A DNA stretch of 64,000 bases from the NCBI GenBank assembly GCA_019752815.1, contig JAIELQ010000002.1:4739-68738 (forward strand), read 5' to 3'. This document shows positions 1 through 9,522 of the stretch, piece by piece. Positions within the stretch are counted from its first letter, which is position 1. Each line of letters opens with the position of its first letter. The stretch is from Patescibacteria group bacterium. GTDB lineage: Bacteria > Patescibacteriota > Minisyncoccia > Phycocordibacterales > UBA918. The notes beneath the pieces are model-generated. The model ran no database searches. It saw only the letters and a list, made by a program, of their open reading frames with translations, and was not told the DNA's origin. The position numbers and the translations under genes are program-made.

Positions 1-1
1 G

Positions 2-496
2 GCAAAGGCCATTTCTGAGTTTAAGAAGACAAACAGAATTAAAGGTGTAGATTTTTCTAAGAAGTTTAAAAAACTAGTTGAAATTTATAATGAACGTAAA
101 GATTTTGAACTTGATAACGGTGTTGTATTGGATGAAGTAGCAGACAAATTTTCAGATTTGTTTATGGAAATTCAGAAGGAACGAGCTTCTTTTGCTGAGC
201 TTGGTATTGATTTTGAAGAAAAAGCATTCTATGACATTCTGAAAGAAGTTGCCCATAAGCATAATTTCGAATATCCTGAGGATAAACTGATCAAGCTCGC
301 TCGGCAGGTTAAACTTGTTGTTGATGACAAAGCTAGATATACCGATTGGGCTAAGAAAGAAGATATCAAATCAGAGCTAAAGGTGGATTTAATTCTACTT
401 TTGGCAGATAACGACTATCCTCCAGTTCCGAGGGACGAAGTATTCAAAGAAATCTTTGAACAAGCTGAAAACTTTAAAAAATATGCTTCGGTGTAA
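2..496 (+). CDS. hsdR: 3' end of a Type I restriction enzyme R subunit (HsdR C-terminal domain); the ORF is open to the window start.
   Basis: The frame is open from nt 2. The translation (KFKKLVEIYNERKDFEL...FEEKAFYDILKEV) matches the conserved HsdR C-terminal (DUF3387-like) region. A Type IV restriction gene follows. Confidence 0.55.
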   Translation, partial: AKAISEFKKTNRIKGVDFSKKFKKLVEIYNERKDFELDNGVVLDEVADKFSDLFMEIQKERASFAELGIDFEEKAFYDILKEVAHKHNFEYPEDKLIKLARQVKLVVDDKARYTDWAKKEDIKSELKVDLILLLADNDYPPVPRDEVFKEIFEQAENFKKYASV

Positions 497-691
497 TGAC
501 ATTTAAAGTGCACGTAGTCATATTTATAAATCGTAGTATTGTTTCGTGAAAGTATAATAAAAAATAATAATAATTTCTATGCCAACAATTACAAAAGAAA
601 ACACAATGCACTATGTAAAAGTAATGGATTGGGAGCAGAACAAACCGCTGGAATTCGTAGAGATGATCGTTTAATCATTTAATTTATTTAC

Positions 692-3226
692 ATGGAGGCA
701 TCAAAGAAAAATATCACTGAAATCTTCAACCGCGCCTCTCGGCTTCAGGTGCCGTATTTCCAAAGATCGTATGTGTGGGAAGAACCACAATGGAACAGGC
801 TACTTGAGGATATGCAGTTTGCGACAAAAACGAATCGTCACTACTTCATGGGTGCTGTTATTCTCAAACAGCAAGAGATGCAGATTGGGGATGGGGCTGC
901 CTATAGTGTGATTGACGGGCAACAGCGCTTGACGACTCTTATGCTGTTCTTTAAGGCTCTCTATGAAAACAACGGTGACGATGTGATGTTTTCGAATATC
1001 TTTACAACATTTTCTGGCAAATTGCTCATGGAGCATAACCATTTTGATCGTCCAGTATTTGAGAAAGTCCTCTATGGAAAACTCAATGAAATTACCGAAG
1101 AAGAAAAGGAGAGTAACATATATCGATGCTATAACTTCTATAAAAAAGAAATACAACCAAACACAATTGATCCAAATCAATTATTTTCAAATATAATGTT
1201 TGTCGGTATTTCGCTCCAACAAGGTGAAGACGAGCAGCAAATCTTTGACACCATTAACTCTCTCGGTGTTCGGCTTACCACGGCTGAGCTACTAAAGAAT
1301 TATCTGTTCAATCGTGACTATAAAGCGTATGAGCAATATTGGTTGAATACTTTTGAGGCAGACCAGGATCTACGAGATTACTGGGATATGGATGTTACCT
1401 CCGGTCGAATCGTGCGAAATAACATCGACTTATTCCTGCAAGCATATTTATTTATTAAGATTCAGGATCCAGAGCTTGGGGTGAGTAGTGATGATCGAGA
1501 GCGTTATTATAAGCTAGAATCTATATTTAGTTCATACAAAGAGTTTATTGAGCAATACTTTAATGACAAAGCTGCGTTAATTGTCGAGCTTAAAGAATTT
1601 GCGGCTATCTACAAAAACACCATTAAACCATTAGTAACGGAACAATACCTTGAACCTGGTGATAGAATCGCTCGATTGAATACAATCATCTTCGGCCTTG
1701 AGGTCACTACGATAATTCCTTATGTACTATATGTAGCTAGAGAGCAGACAAATGTAGATGAACAAAATCGGTTATTTGCTTATCTTGAAACTTATTTAAT
1801 GCGCAGATTGGTGACGAGAGGTACCACTAAAAACTATAATAATCTTTTCCGTAGTCTGATTGGTAATCAAGTCATTACTGAAGATGGCCTGAAGGAGTTT
1901 ATTGCTGCGCGTCAGGATGCGAGCGTGCGTATGCCAGATGATGAAAAAGTGTCTAAAGCTTTTGTGACTGAAGCGCTGACTAACAAACAAGCCAAGGGTG
2001 TTCTCTTCCTGATTGAAAGCGCAGTACGGAATAGTCGGCATGCTACCAGACTTCTTAATTTTGATGGCTACAGCTTGGAGCATGTCATGCCAAAGAAATG
2101 GCGGAATAACTGGAAAACAGAAAATCTGTCTGAACAGGCAGCTTATGAAAGAGACGACTTATTACTCACTCTTGGGAATCTAACCTTAATCACAAGCGCC
2201 TTAAACTCTGCTATTAGTGACTCTGATTGGGATAAAAAGCGCCAAGGCAAGACCGGTGCACATGGTTTGAATATGTTTGCACAAGGTATAGAGACTTTTT
2301 CACTATATCTGGGACGAGATGAGTGGAATGAAGAAGTAATTAATGAGCGTGCTCAGGAGTTAACTAATCATGCATTGAGTATCTGGAGTGTTCCGCAAGA
2401 ACTTCAGCAAAGACGACCAGTTGCGAGTGTCGGGAATATTCAGGTGTACTGCACAGGTTCGGGCGCAAACACTGAGGGTGTGTTTGATGGCGTATCACTT
2501 ACAGTCTTAAAAGGCTCTCGCGCTGCATTTGAATCAAAGCCATCTTTCAGTGAACATAGCTACAATTCATTACGGCAAGAATTAATTGCTAAGAACGTTC
2601 TTGAAGAAAATGACGGGTATTATGTCTTTACCTCAGACTATACTTTTTCCAGCCCAAGTGCCGCGGCTGCTGTGGTTATGGGAAGGTCGGCAGATGGTCC
2701 GAGTGAGTGGAAGAATGAAGAGGGAAATAAGTTAAGTTTGTTACTTGACGGAAGTGAGGATGAATCCAAAGTGACATTATCTACAGATATGTACCATGAC
2801 TTTTTTACTAAAGTAAAAAATTTAATGGAAAGTGAGCATAAGGAAAGTCTCGGTGATTTGCAAATAGATGAACATAAGGCAAAGAACTATATGCAAATGA
2901 AATATCAGGGCTTCGGTAATAATCACTTCGAATTACGGTTCTTAAGAAGATCACCAGTTGGGCCAGCATTTGAAATAGCATTGCATCGAGAGTGTAAAAA
3001 AATAGACTTAATACTAAGAGATGTATTCGAGTCACAATTACCTAAACTTAGTGAGATTCTTGGCGAGAATGTGGCTTACGAAAGATGGGGAAAGGAGTGG
3101 GAGCGTGTCTACTACTTATACCCTACAACCAATGAACTTTTTGATGATGAGACAGCTAATAAAATTGTAAAACGTGTGATAGATTTTATTCATTCCATAC
3201 AGCCATATGTTGAAAAAATAACTTAA
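692..3226 (+). CDS. GmrSD-like Type IV restriction protein with an N-terminal DUF262 and C-terminal DUF1524 HNH-like domain, plus a ~270-aa C-terminal extension.
   Basis: The DUF262 signature (FQRSYVW, DGQQRLTT) is at the N-terminus and a DUF1524-type motif (LEHVMPKKW...N) is mid-protein. The extra C-terminal region resembles DUF4357-like tails. It sits downstream of hsdR. Confidence 0.7.
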   Translation: MEASKKNITEIFNRASRLQVPYFQRSYVWEEPQWNRLLEDMQFATKTNRHYFMGAVILKQQEMQIGDGAAYSVIDGQQRLTTLMLFFKALYENNGDDVMFSNIFTTFSGKLLMEHNHFDRPVFEKVLYGKLNEITEEEKESNIYRCYNFYKKEIQPNTIDPNQLFSNIMFVGISLQQGEDEQQIFDTINSLGVRLTTAELLKNYLFNRDYKAYEQYWLNTFEADQDLRDYWDMDVTSGRIVRNNIDLFLQAYLFIKIQDPELGVSSDDRERYYKLESIFSSYKEFIEQYFNDKAALIVELKEFAAIYKNTIKPLVTEQYLEPGDRIARLNTIIFGLEVTTIIPYVLYVAREQTNVDEQNRLFAYLETYLMRRLVTRGTTKNYNNLFRSLIGNQVITEDGLKEFIAARQDASVRMPDDEKVSKAFVTEALTNKQAKGVLFLIESAVRNSRHATRLLNFDGYSLEHVMPKKWRNNWKTENLSEQAAYERDDLLLTLGNLTLITSALNSAISDSDWDKKRQGKTGAHGLNMFAQGIETFSLYLGRDEWNEEVINERAQELTNHALSIWSVPQELQQRRPVASVGNIQVYCTGSGANTEGVFDGVSLTVLKGSRAAFESKPSFSEHSYNSLRQELIAKNVLEENDGYYVFTSDYTFSSPSAAAAVVMGRSADGPSEWKNEEGNKLSLLLDGSEDESKVTLSTDMYHDFFTKVKNLMESEHKESLGDLQIDEHKAKNYMQMKYQGFGNNHFELRFLRRSPVGPAFEIALHRECKKIDLILRDVFESQLPKLSEILGENVAYERWGKEWERVYYLYPTTNELFDDETANKIVKRVIDFIHSIQPYVEKIT

Positions 3227-3228
3227 AT

Positions 3229-3783
3229 ATGGAACTACTCATCAAAAACATCATCGATACTACCAATCCGCGTAACGATAACTCGGACAAGAAACAGTTG
3301 TTCACATCGGGCACTTTTGAAATTGCTCGTAATAAGCGCGAATCATGGAATTTTATTAAGGATGAAGCAATATCGAGAAACATCTCGTACCAAATGCAGT
3401 ATCTTGAATTTCAAGTCCGGTTGTATAACGACTACCAAATCTATCTCACGGTGGAGTCACTTATGTGCAAAAACATCATTGTTACTATCGGTGGCATTAT
3501 TGAAGCGGCGCTGTTTGCCCTTATGACTGAACATGCTGAAGGGAGTGGGTATCAGTTTGATGATCGTACCCCATACTTCAAACGGATTGATGAAGCGTAT
3601 GATATGCAGATAATAGATCGTGAACTCAAGGATACACTACATAACCTCCGTAAGATGCGTAACTTGGTGCACTTAAATACGCTTGATTACCGTGAATACC
3701 AAGCCTATGATGTAGAAGAGGCAAACGAGTATATCACTGCGTTAGAACGGTTTATACAGTACCAAACTACGCATGCCAAATAA
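3229..3783 (+). CDS. Hypothetical protein, possibly a HEPN-like partner of the GmrSD gene.
   Basis: The start lies 3 nt after the upstream stop, indicating translational coupling. An R-x6-H motif (RKMRNLVH) near the C-terminus is compatible with the HEPN Rx4-6H signature. Confidence 0.4.
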   Translation: MELLIKNIIDTTNPRNDNSDKKQLFTSGTFEIARNKRESWNFIKDEAISRNISYQMQYLEFQVRLYNDYQIYLTVESLMCKNIIVTIGGIIEAALFALMTEHAEGSGYQFDDRTPYFKRIDEAYDMQIIDRELKDTLHNLRKMRNLVHLNTLDYREYQAYDVEEANEYITALERFIQYQTTHAK

Positions 3784-4009
3784 TCAGCCAGGCGACCAAG
3801 ACTCGAGCCGAGCATTTATGGACGGATTAACTGCTTCTGATGACGGATGGCGTAAGGCCTTGCGGGGGATGACACCTGAAGTGGCTACTGAGCTACTGAA
3901 ACGCTGTTACAATTTAACAGATGACCAAGCCAAAGAAGCGCAGCGGTTGCGTGACGTGATGCGGATGTCTGAAGATGAGGCGATTAAAGCTGTAATAAGC
4001 TACGCCTAA
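3773..4009 (+). CDS. Small hypothetical protein of 78 aa.
   Basis: The start overlaps the upstream stop (ATGCCAAATAA). No recognisable motifs. Confidence 0.3.
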   Translation: MPNNQPGDQDSSRAFMDGLTASDDGWRKALRGMTPEVATELLKRCYNLTDDQAKEAQRLRDVMRMSEDEAIKAVISYA

Positions 4010-4055
4010 AACTCTCCTAGGAAAACTCGGATTATTTTTTGATATAATTACTCAA

Positions 4056-4322
4056 ATGTCCAACCGAATCTATCACCTTGACTTGCATCCGATTGCTAAG
4101 GATGGTCGAAAAATTGACGTTGCGTTAGCTGTGGCGCTGGAGATGGTACTGAAGAAACGTCTGGCGACACTCGAAATTATTCCTGGAAAGGGAACTGGGC
4201 AGTTGATGAACCGGGTGAAGAAATGGCTCAAGGAACCGCAGGTTAAAAACACCTATTTTCGGGTTGAAGTTGATGACAAGAATCATGGACGGGTGTTTGT
4301 CCATTTTCGGCATAGTCGGTAG
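4056..4322 (+). CDS. Smr (small MutS-related) domain protein.
   Basis: LDLHP...IIPGKGTGQL matches the Smr LDLHG...IIHGKG-G-L signature. Confidence 0.55.
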   Translation: MSNRIYHLDLHPIAKDGRKIDVALAVALEMVLKKRLATLEIIPGKGTGQLMNRVKKWLKEPQVKNTYFRVEVDDKNHGRVFVHFRHSR

Positions 4323-4378
4323 TGTGCCACTTGGCTCCTATAACCATAATTTGTATCAATGGTTAATTTCTGCTATAA

Positions 4379-4912
4379 ATGGCTCCTATGTTAGATATTT
4401 TGAATTCTTTTATTGTAATCCAGCCGGAGACAGTTACGTTTGTGGTTGATTTGGTGGTGGCAATTATACTCGGTACTATTATTGGGATTGAACGGGAATC
4501 GCGGGGTAAAGACGCGGGAATTAGTACCAACTGTTTTGTGATTGTGGGGGCGATGTTGTTTACATTCATGTCAGCCACGGTTGACCCGGCGTCACAGTCA
4601 CGCATCGCGGCTCAGGTAGTAACGGGGATTGGGTTCCTGGGAGCTGGGTTGATTCTCAAAGACGGTACCTCAGTGCGTAATTTGACCACAGCAGCCAGTA
4701 TTTGGTTCGCAGGCGCTATTGGTATGGCGATTGGGTTTGGGTACCTGCAGATAGCCGTTATTGCAGCCTTGGCATCGATTTTGATTCCACGGATTCCACA
4801 CGTGAAGCATAAAGGTGGCAAAGGAAAGAATGCACCAGCTGATGAAAAAAATAAGGAAGACGATGGACCAGAAAAGGCCAATCAAATAGCTGGTGCTTCC
4901 GGAGGAGATTAA
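4379..4912 (+). CDS. MgtC/SapB family membrane protein.
   Basis: GIERESRGKDAGISTN...VGAMLF matches the MgtC family motif. The protein has multiple TM helices. Confidence 0.65.
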   Translation: MAPMLDILNSFIVIQPETVTFVVDLVVAIILGTIIGIERESRGKDAGISTNCFVIVGAMLFTFMSATVDPASQSRIAAQVVTGIGFLGAGLILKDGTSVRNLTTAASIWFAGAIGMAIGFGYLQIAVIAALASILIPRIPHVKHKGGKGKNAPADEKNKEDDGPEKANQIAGASGGD

Positions 4913-4953
4913 AAATGACGCCGCCTCGTATACACGAGACGGCGTTTTTTCGA

Positions 4954-5634
4954 TTAGTCCTTTGTGGTACCCATGGCATTGGCAGCGATACCGATGATGG
5001 TGCTCAGGAGAATGAACACAACTACCACAATAAACGAGACGAAGAACGGAATTGCCATCATCGAAGTTTCAGCGAGCGGTCGCACGATATCGCTCCAAGC
5101 GTCGAGGGTCATCATTTGAAACAACGTGAACATGGCGGTATGAAGGTTTCCGAAATGTTCAGGGTCAAGACTACCGAACAGCTTTGACGCCACAATGGCA
5201 AAGATACTAAGCTGTAGCGCGAGCACACCCATCACGGCGGCACTGTCTCGCAGTGCTCGGATGATGCCGGCAAAGACTCGCCTAAAGGCGGGTACGGCGC
5301 TCAGGAGCCTCAGTAACCGTAATGCCCGAAAGGCTGATACATTCCCGAGGGCGGATACCCCTAGCAGGGGCAGAGTGGTCAAAACCACAATCGATAGGTC
5401 AAACCACCGCCATCCATCCGCAAAAAACGTTCGCCGATACACGAGCAGGCGCAGGATTAACTCCATAATGAAGAACGTGATGAATATACCGTCGAGGGTA
5501 GTGAGGATATTTCCAAATTCAGCCATCATCTGAGGATAGGTTTCAAGAGCTAGGGTGATGGCGTTGACAGCAATTACTCCCATGACAAACCGGTCGAACC
5601 AGGCATGCTGGACTACTTTTGACAGCGTTAGCAT
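4954..5634 (-). CDS. Voltage-gated ion channel of the NaChBac-like ion-transport family (single 6-TM domain).
   Basis: An S4 voltage-sensor segment with regularly spaced Arg residues (RALRLLRLLSAVPAFRRV) and a pore/selectivity segment (FTLFQMMTLDAWSD) similar to the NaChBac TLESWAS filter. A GGAG RBS precedes the start. Confidence 0.7.
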   Translation of the reverse strand: MLTLSKVVQHAWFDRFVMGVIAVNAITLALETYPQMMAEFGNILTTLDGIFITFFIMELILRLLVYRRTFFADGWRWFDLSIVVLTTLPLLGVSALGNVSAFRALRLLRLLSAVPAFRRVFAGIIRALRDSAAVMGVLALQLSIFAIVASKLFGSLDPEHFGNLHTAMFTLFQMMTLDAWSDIVRPLAETSMMAIPFFVSFIVVVVFILLSTIIGIAANAMGTTKD

Positions 5635-5775
5635 TGGTAGCTCCTTACAATTGCTTTCTGCGACTAAATTAGCAAACTATGATTAAATAGCAAGTATTGT
5701 TTCTGCAGTGGGTATAGAAACGGCCAGAGCGGTACGCTCTGGCCGTTGTTGTGGGTTCGTGACTCCTTTCGTGAG

Positions 5776-7071
5776 TTACTCAAGTAGTTTTTGGTATTCC
5801 GGGTCGAGACCTGAGACAGCGCGTAGACGATCAAAACCATCGATCACTGCATCGTACCGTTTACCAATTGACGTTCGTTCCCAGGTTGCCCGAGGGTAGG
5901 TACGAGTCGATTGTCCAATTTCATTTTCATCGTCCGTAAACGAGAACATGATGTTGAACGTTGTGACCGGTTCACCTGCTTGACGCAGGGTCTTGGTCGG
6001 AATAAACGATGGGTAGACGACATCGTAGTTATCGCCACGGGCTGTCAGAGGGGCAGTGGTTGCCCACTCCATTTCTTTCCAGTCCCAGCGAGTTCCCTCG
6101 ATGGGATCAGTGCCTACTTGTTTGGTCTGATAACTGGAGCAGTCATAGGTGACGAGGTCAGTCTGTGTCACCCAGGTGCCGTCCGTGTTGTTGTACGAGG
6201 AGTATTCAGTACGAGTGCAGGTCTCAGACACCCAGACTTGTTCGTAGATTGGCTCGTACCTGATGATAACATCGCGATTACTGATAGCAAACGCATCACT
6301 CGGCGGACGCCAAAAGCCATTTTCGGTTTCGTAGGACTGGTCCCTGGCCGCGTATTCTTCGCGCGGTAGGGAATAGGTCCAGGAAACCGATGAGACAGTA
6401 GCTGTGGTTTGGGTGAACGAGTTAAACTGGTTGTACACGTACCAGCCGATAATACATAGCAAAGCCACAACTGCAGCAATGATGAAGATCCAAGGACGTG
6501 GACTATTCTCGTTTGAGATACTCTCCGGCTGGCCTTTCACTTCTGTTTTGATTTCTTCAACCGAGGCCTTAGGTTTGTTTTGTACAGGCTTTGGTGGAGC
6601 TGGTGGCTCTTGCAGGGTCACTGGTCCGACTTCGTCGTTGTGCTGACCAGCTGTCCAGGGAGTGTCAGTAGCGCCAGGAAGGAAACCATTGTTGTCGATT
6701 TGAACCTGACGCTTTGGCAACGCCAAGGCGGTAGGTCCGACTACAAAGTCAGTAACCTGCTTCTCGAACTTCTTGTCGAGGGCTGTGCCACATTGTTTGC
6801 AGCTGAATCTAGCTTCGTTTTGCGTACCGCAAGACTGGCAGGTAACATCCGCACCCTCGAATTTGTAATTGGCGTCGACTTTATTTGCCGAACGATCTTC
6901 TTTGTCGGTAGCATCCTTGCTGTTTCCGCATTGCGGACATTGACGGCACTTGTTCGAGTTTAGGCCTTTGACACCGCAGCTCGAGCAGTCCCAGACCAGA
7001 TAGCTGACAACCCGCGAAAGGGTTCTCCGGCCAAGTTCTTGACCAGGTTTTGGTCGAGTAGTACGGGCCAT
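5776..7071 (-). CDS. Membrane-anchored protein with N-terminal zinc ribbons, one TM helix and an extracytoplasmic domain.
   Basis: CxxC pairs lie in the N-terminal 110 aa, followed by a hydrophobic segment (WIFIIAAVVALLCIIGWYVY). A GGAGG RBS precedes the start. Confidence 0.5.
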   Translation of the reverse strand: MARTTRPKPGQELGRRTLSRVVSYLVWDCSSCGVKGLNSNKCRQCPQCGNSKDATDKEDRSANKVDANYKFEGADVTCQSCGTQNEARFSCKQCGTALDKKFEKQVTDFVVGPTALALPKRQVQIDNNGFLPGATDTPWTAGQHNDEVGPVTLQEPPAPPKPVQNKPKASVEEIKTEVKGQPESISNENSPRPWIFIIAAVVALLCIIGWYVYNQFNSFTQTTATVSSVSWTYSLPREEYAARDQSYETENGFWRPPSDAFAISNRDVIIRYEPIYEQVWVSETCTRTEYSSYNNTDGTWVTQTDLVTYDCSSYQTKQVGTDPIEGTRWDWKEMEWATTAPLTARGDNYDVVYPSFIPTKTLRQAGEPVTTFNIMFSFTDDENEIGQSTRTYPRATWERTSIGKRYDAVIDGFDRLRAVSGLDPEYQKLLE

Positions 7072-7494
7072 GATGGACCTCCATGTAAAACAATCTTAAT
7101 GTACTATACAATAATATTGTAAAAATACAAGTGTTACTACACTAAATACTTGTGTTTTCTAGCTAATTGTAGTTATATATTGTTCTGGGAGGCAGTTCTT
7201 TCATTTGAGACACCTATATATTATGTAGCGTAAGAATGTCTCCTTGGTTTTTAATAACAGGGAGATCAGTAATGATTCACAAATACTACGTCGATAGATT
7301 CGGCAACGTGCACTTTAGACCTCAAGATTGCATTGACGCAAACTTGAAGTAATACAACAGATTCGTTAGTACATTTTTTCGAAAATAAACGACGTGTCGA
7401 ACGAAGGCCAGGGAATATCCTTGGCCTTTTGCTATGTAGGTAGGTCGGGTTGTCATTTGGTAGATACCTGATGCGCTTGTATACTGTACCGACT

Positions 7495-8106
7495 ATGACA
7501 GAAATGGTTATCAACTTTATTACCCAAAATGGCTACTGGGGCGTGTTTGTCCTCATGGTAGCTGAAAACTTATTCCCACCGATTCCATCGGAGGTTATTC
7601 TGCCGTTTGTGGGACACTCTGTGGCAAAAGGTGAGCTTAATTTTTTTCTCGCGTTACTAACAGCGAGTGTCGGCGCGTTCATCGGAACATTTTTTTGGTT
7701 TGCGGTGGGGTGGCTGGCACCGGCGGTAAAATTGGAAAAGTTTTTTCGTAAATACGGCGGGTACGTAGCTATTTCTGGAAAAGATTTTCATAAAGCAACA
7801 AGTTTCTTTGTAAAATTTGAAGTACCAGCAGTATTTTTTGGTCGGATGATTCCGGGAGTTCGTTCAGTGATTTCGATTCCAGCCGGTAGTGTGCGGATGA
7901 ATTTTAAAAAGTTCTTACTCTATTCACTCGCCGGGTTACTTATCTGGAACACATTGCTTATCAGTATTGGTTATTTTGCATTGAGTGATTACGAAATTGT
8001 AGATACCTACATGAAGCCGGTAGGGGATGCGATCATTTATTTGTTTATACTGGTGTATGTAATACAAGTTATCCGGTTTGTACTCGACAAAGAGGGACGT
8101 TCCTAA
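7495..8106 (+). CDS. DedA/SNARE-associated (VTT-domain) membrane protein.
   Basis: GYWGVFVLMVAENLFPPIPSEVILPFVGH matches the DedA family motif. The ATG at 7495 is the preferred start over the upstream non-ATG start. Confidence 0.7.
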   Translation: MTEMVINFITQNGYWGVFVLMVAENLFPPIPSEVILPFVGHSVAKGELNFFLALLTASVGAFIGTFFWFAVGWLAPAVKLEKFFRKYGGYVAISGKDFHKATSFFVKFEVPAVFFGRMIPGVRSVISIPAGSVRMNFKKFLLYSLAGLLIWNTLLISIGYFALSDYEIVDTYMKPVGDAIIYLFILVYVIQVIRFVLDKEGRS

Positions 8107-8289
8107 GGTGTTCCTAAAAATTGCCATCTACTGCGTTGGACTGCAAAAAATAATCTTCGCTGGACAGGTGTCCCACTCAGATTATTTTTCTTGTCCGCCT
8201 TGTATATGACTAATTTTAAGAAACACCAATTGATTTAGAAAAGTAAAATAGGGGTTGAATTATATGTTTTTCATGATATAATATCAGTA

Positions 8290-8970
8290 ATGAAAAACTT
8301 TGAACCAGGCGGTTTACGTAATCGCAAGCCGGATTTGGGTGGACGTCCATTTAGTGATGCAAATAACTACGCCCCGAAAAAACGTTTTGAGGGTAGTAAA
8401 GGGTCTTTTGGTGGGAATAAATCAAGTTTTGGTAACAAGCCATCATATGGCTCAGATCGTGATAAAAAAGATGTAACTCTCTACGCTGCCACCTGTACTA
8501 CCTGCGGCAAGTCATGCGAAGTACCGTTTCGACCGGATGGTAAGAAGCCGGTACTGTGTCGGGATTGTTTTGCAGCCAAAAACGAATCACCAACCAATAT
8601 GTCTGCACATCGTGATCGCTTTACCCCTAATGAAATGGTCGGGCGAAAGTTTGAACAGCCTGCCGGTGCACGACCTACGGTCTCTCCTGATTACCAATTA
8701 CTGGTAAAACAATTAGCTGTTGTTGAGGATAAAGTAAATCAAATACTTACCCTGATTAAAGCATCAGAACGTCTTGTTGAGGCCTTGCCAGTGGTGGGGC
8801 AAAAACCAGTATCAGATGGTGATACAGAAGCGGAAGACGTACTGGCCACACCAACAAAACTCCGCAAGCCAAAGAAGGTAACCCCAGCAATTAAAAAAGC
8901 GGCAGCGAAAAAGAAAGTTGCGAAAAAAGCGGCCGTAGCGAAAAAAATCGCCAAGAAAGGAGCAAAATAG
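8290..8970 (+). CDS. CxxC-x17-CxxC zinc-ribbon protein with a Lys/Ala-rich histone-H1-like C-terminal tail.
   Basis: CTTCGKSC...CRDC; the C-terminal sequence KKAAAKKKVAKKAAVAKKIAKK is low-complexity. Confidence 0.5.
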   Translation: MKNFEPGGLRNRKPDLGGRPFSDANNYAPKKRFEGSKGSFGGNKSSFGNKPSYGSDRDKKDVTLYAATCTTCGKSCEVPFRPDGKKPVLCRDCFAAKNESPTNMSAHRDRFTPNEMVGRKFEQPAGARPTVSPDYQLLVKQLAVVEDKVNQILTLIKASERLVEALPVVGQKPVSDGDTEAEDVLATPTKLRKPKKVTPAIKKAAAKKKVAKKAAVAKKIAKKGAK

Positions 8971-8985
8971 ATTTATTAAAAAAGA

Positions 8986-9017
8986 GAGTCCTTGAGTTCA
9001 ATCGAACTCAAGGACTC
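8986..9017. terminator. Rho-independent terminator hairpin, apparently bidirectional.
   Basis: A 14-bp perfect inverted repeat (GAGTCCTTGAGTTC / GAACTCAAGGACTC) with a 4-nt loop. Flanked by A-run/T-run. Confidence 0.5.
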
Positions 9018-9285
9018 TGTCGTCTGTGCGGTTTTGTAACATTATTGTTTGCCCTGCCCAGTCAGCCAGTTCCGGAAAGATGTTGTTATCAGAAACTTTG
9101 ATGATTATTTGCAGTGGGTTACGATTGCAAATATTGCTCGTGGGAACATAGTAGACAGGGTTGTCGTGGGGTAGGTTTGAACGAAACGTCACCGTGTGTA
9201 GTCGATCATTACGGGTCGAGCATTCAAGTTCGTATACTCGAACAAGAGGCAAACCCAGCACAGTTGGGTAAGAAGGAACATTCAT
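8998..9285 (-). CDS. Small hypothetical protein of 95 aa.
   Basis: An AGGAG RBS lies 8 nt upstream of the ATG. The stop lies within the terminator hairpin. No homology recognised. Confidence 0.3.
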   Translation of the reverse strand: MNVPSYPTVLGLPLVRVYELECSTRNDRLHTVTFRSNLPHDNPVYYVPTSNICNRNPLQIIIKVSDNNIFPELADWAGQTIMLQNRTDDRVLEFD

Positions 9286-9342
9286 CCAAGAACTCCTTTC
9301 CTGAGGTTCTGTATAGTATATACCAAAGTCTTATATATAATC

Positions 9343-9371
9343 TTGCCCCAAATCACAGGAAAGGCTATAAT
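9343..9371 (+). promoter_or_regulatory. Sigma70-like promoter for tRNA-Ala.
   Basis: TTGCCC-N17-TATAAT, about 30 nt upstream of the tRNA 5' end. Confidence 0.35.
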
Positions 9372-9403
9372 CACCCCGCAAAACGCACGTTTAACGCAAT
9401 AGA

Positions 9404-9476
9404 GGGCCCTTAGCTCATCCGGTAGAGCGCTTCCATGGCATGGAAGAGGTGAGCGGTTCAAGTCCGCTAGGGTCCA
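9404..9476 (+). tRNA. tRNA-Ala with anticodon GGC.
   Basis: A cloverleaf read by eye: 7-bp acceptor stem with the G3:U70 Ala identity pair, D arm GCTC/GAGC, anticodon stem CTTCC/GGAAG with loop AUGGCAU (U33, anticodon GGC, A37), and T arm AGCGG-TTCAAGT-CCGCT. The discriminator A is followed by CC. Confidence 0.85.
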
Positions 9477-9486
9477 CCGAGACAAA

Positions 9487-9522
9487 CCAAAAATCATCCC
9501 ATTGCTATGGGATGATTTTTGG
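9487..9522 (+). terminator. Rho-independent terminator downstream of tRNA-Ala.
   Basis: A 16-bp perfect stem (CCAAAAATCATCCCAT / ATGGGATGATTTTTGG) with a 4-nt loop, followed by TTT. Confidence 0.6.

Noticed and set aside
4612-5533. Minus- and plus-strand ORFs overlapping the MgtC and ion-channel genes.
   Set aside because: They are antisense or alternative frames of genes with clear family motifs. They are compositionally odd (Arg/Ser/Pro-rich).
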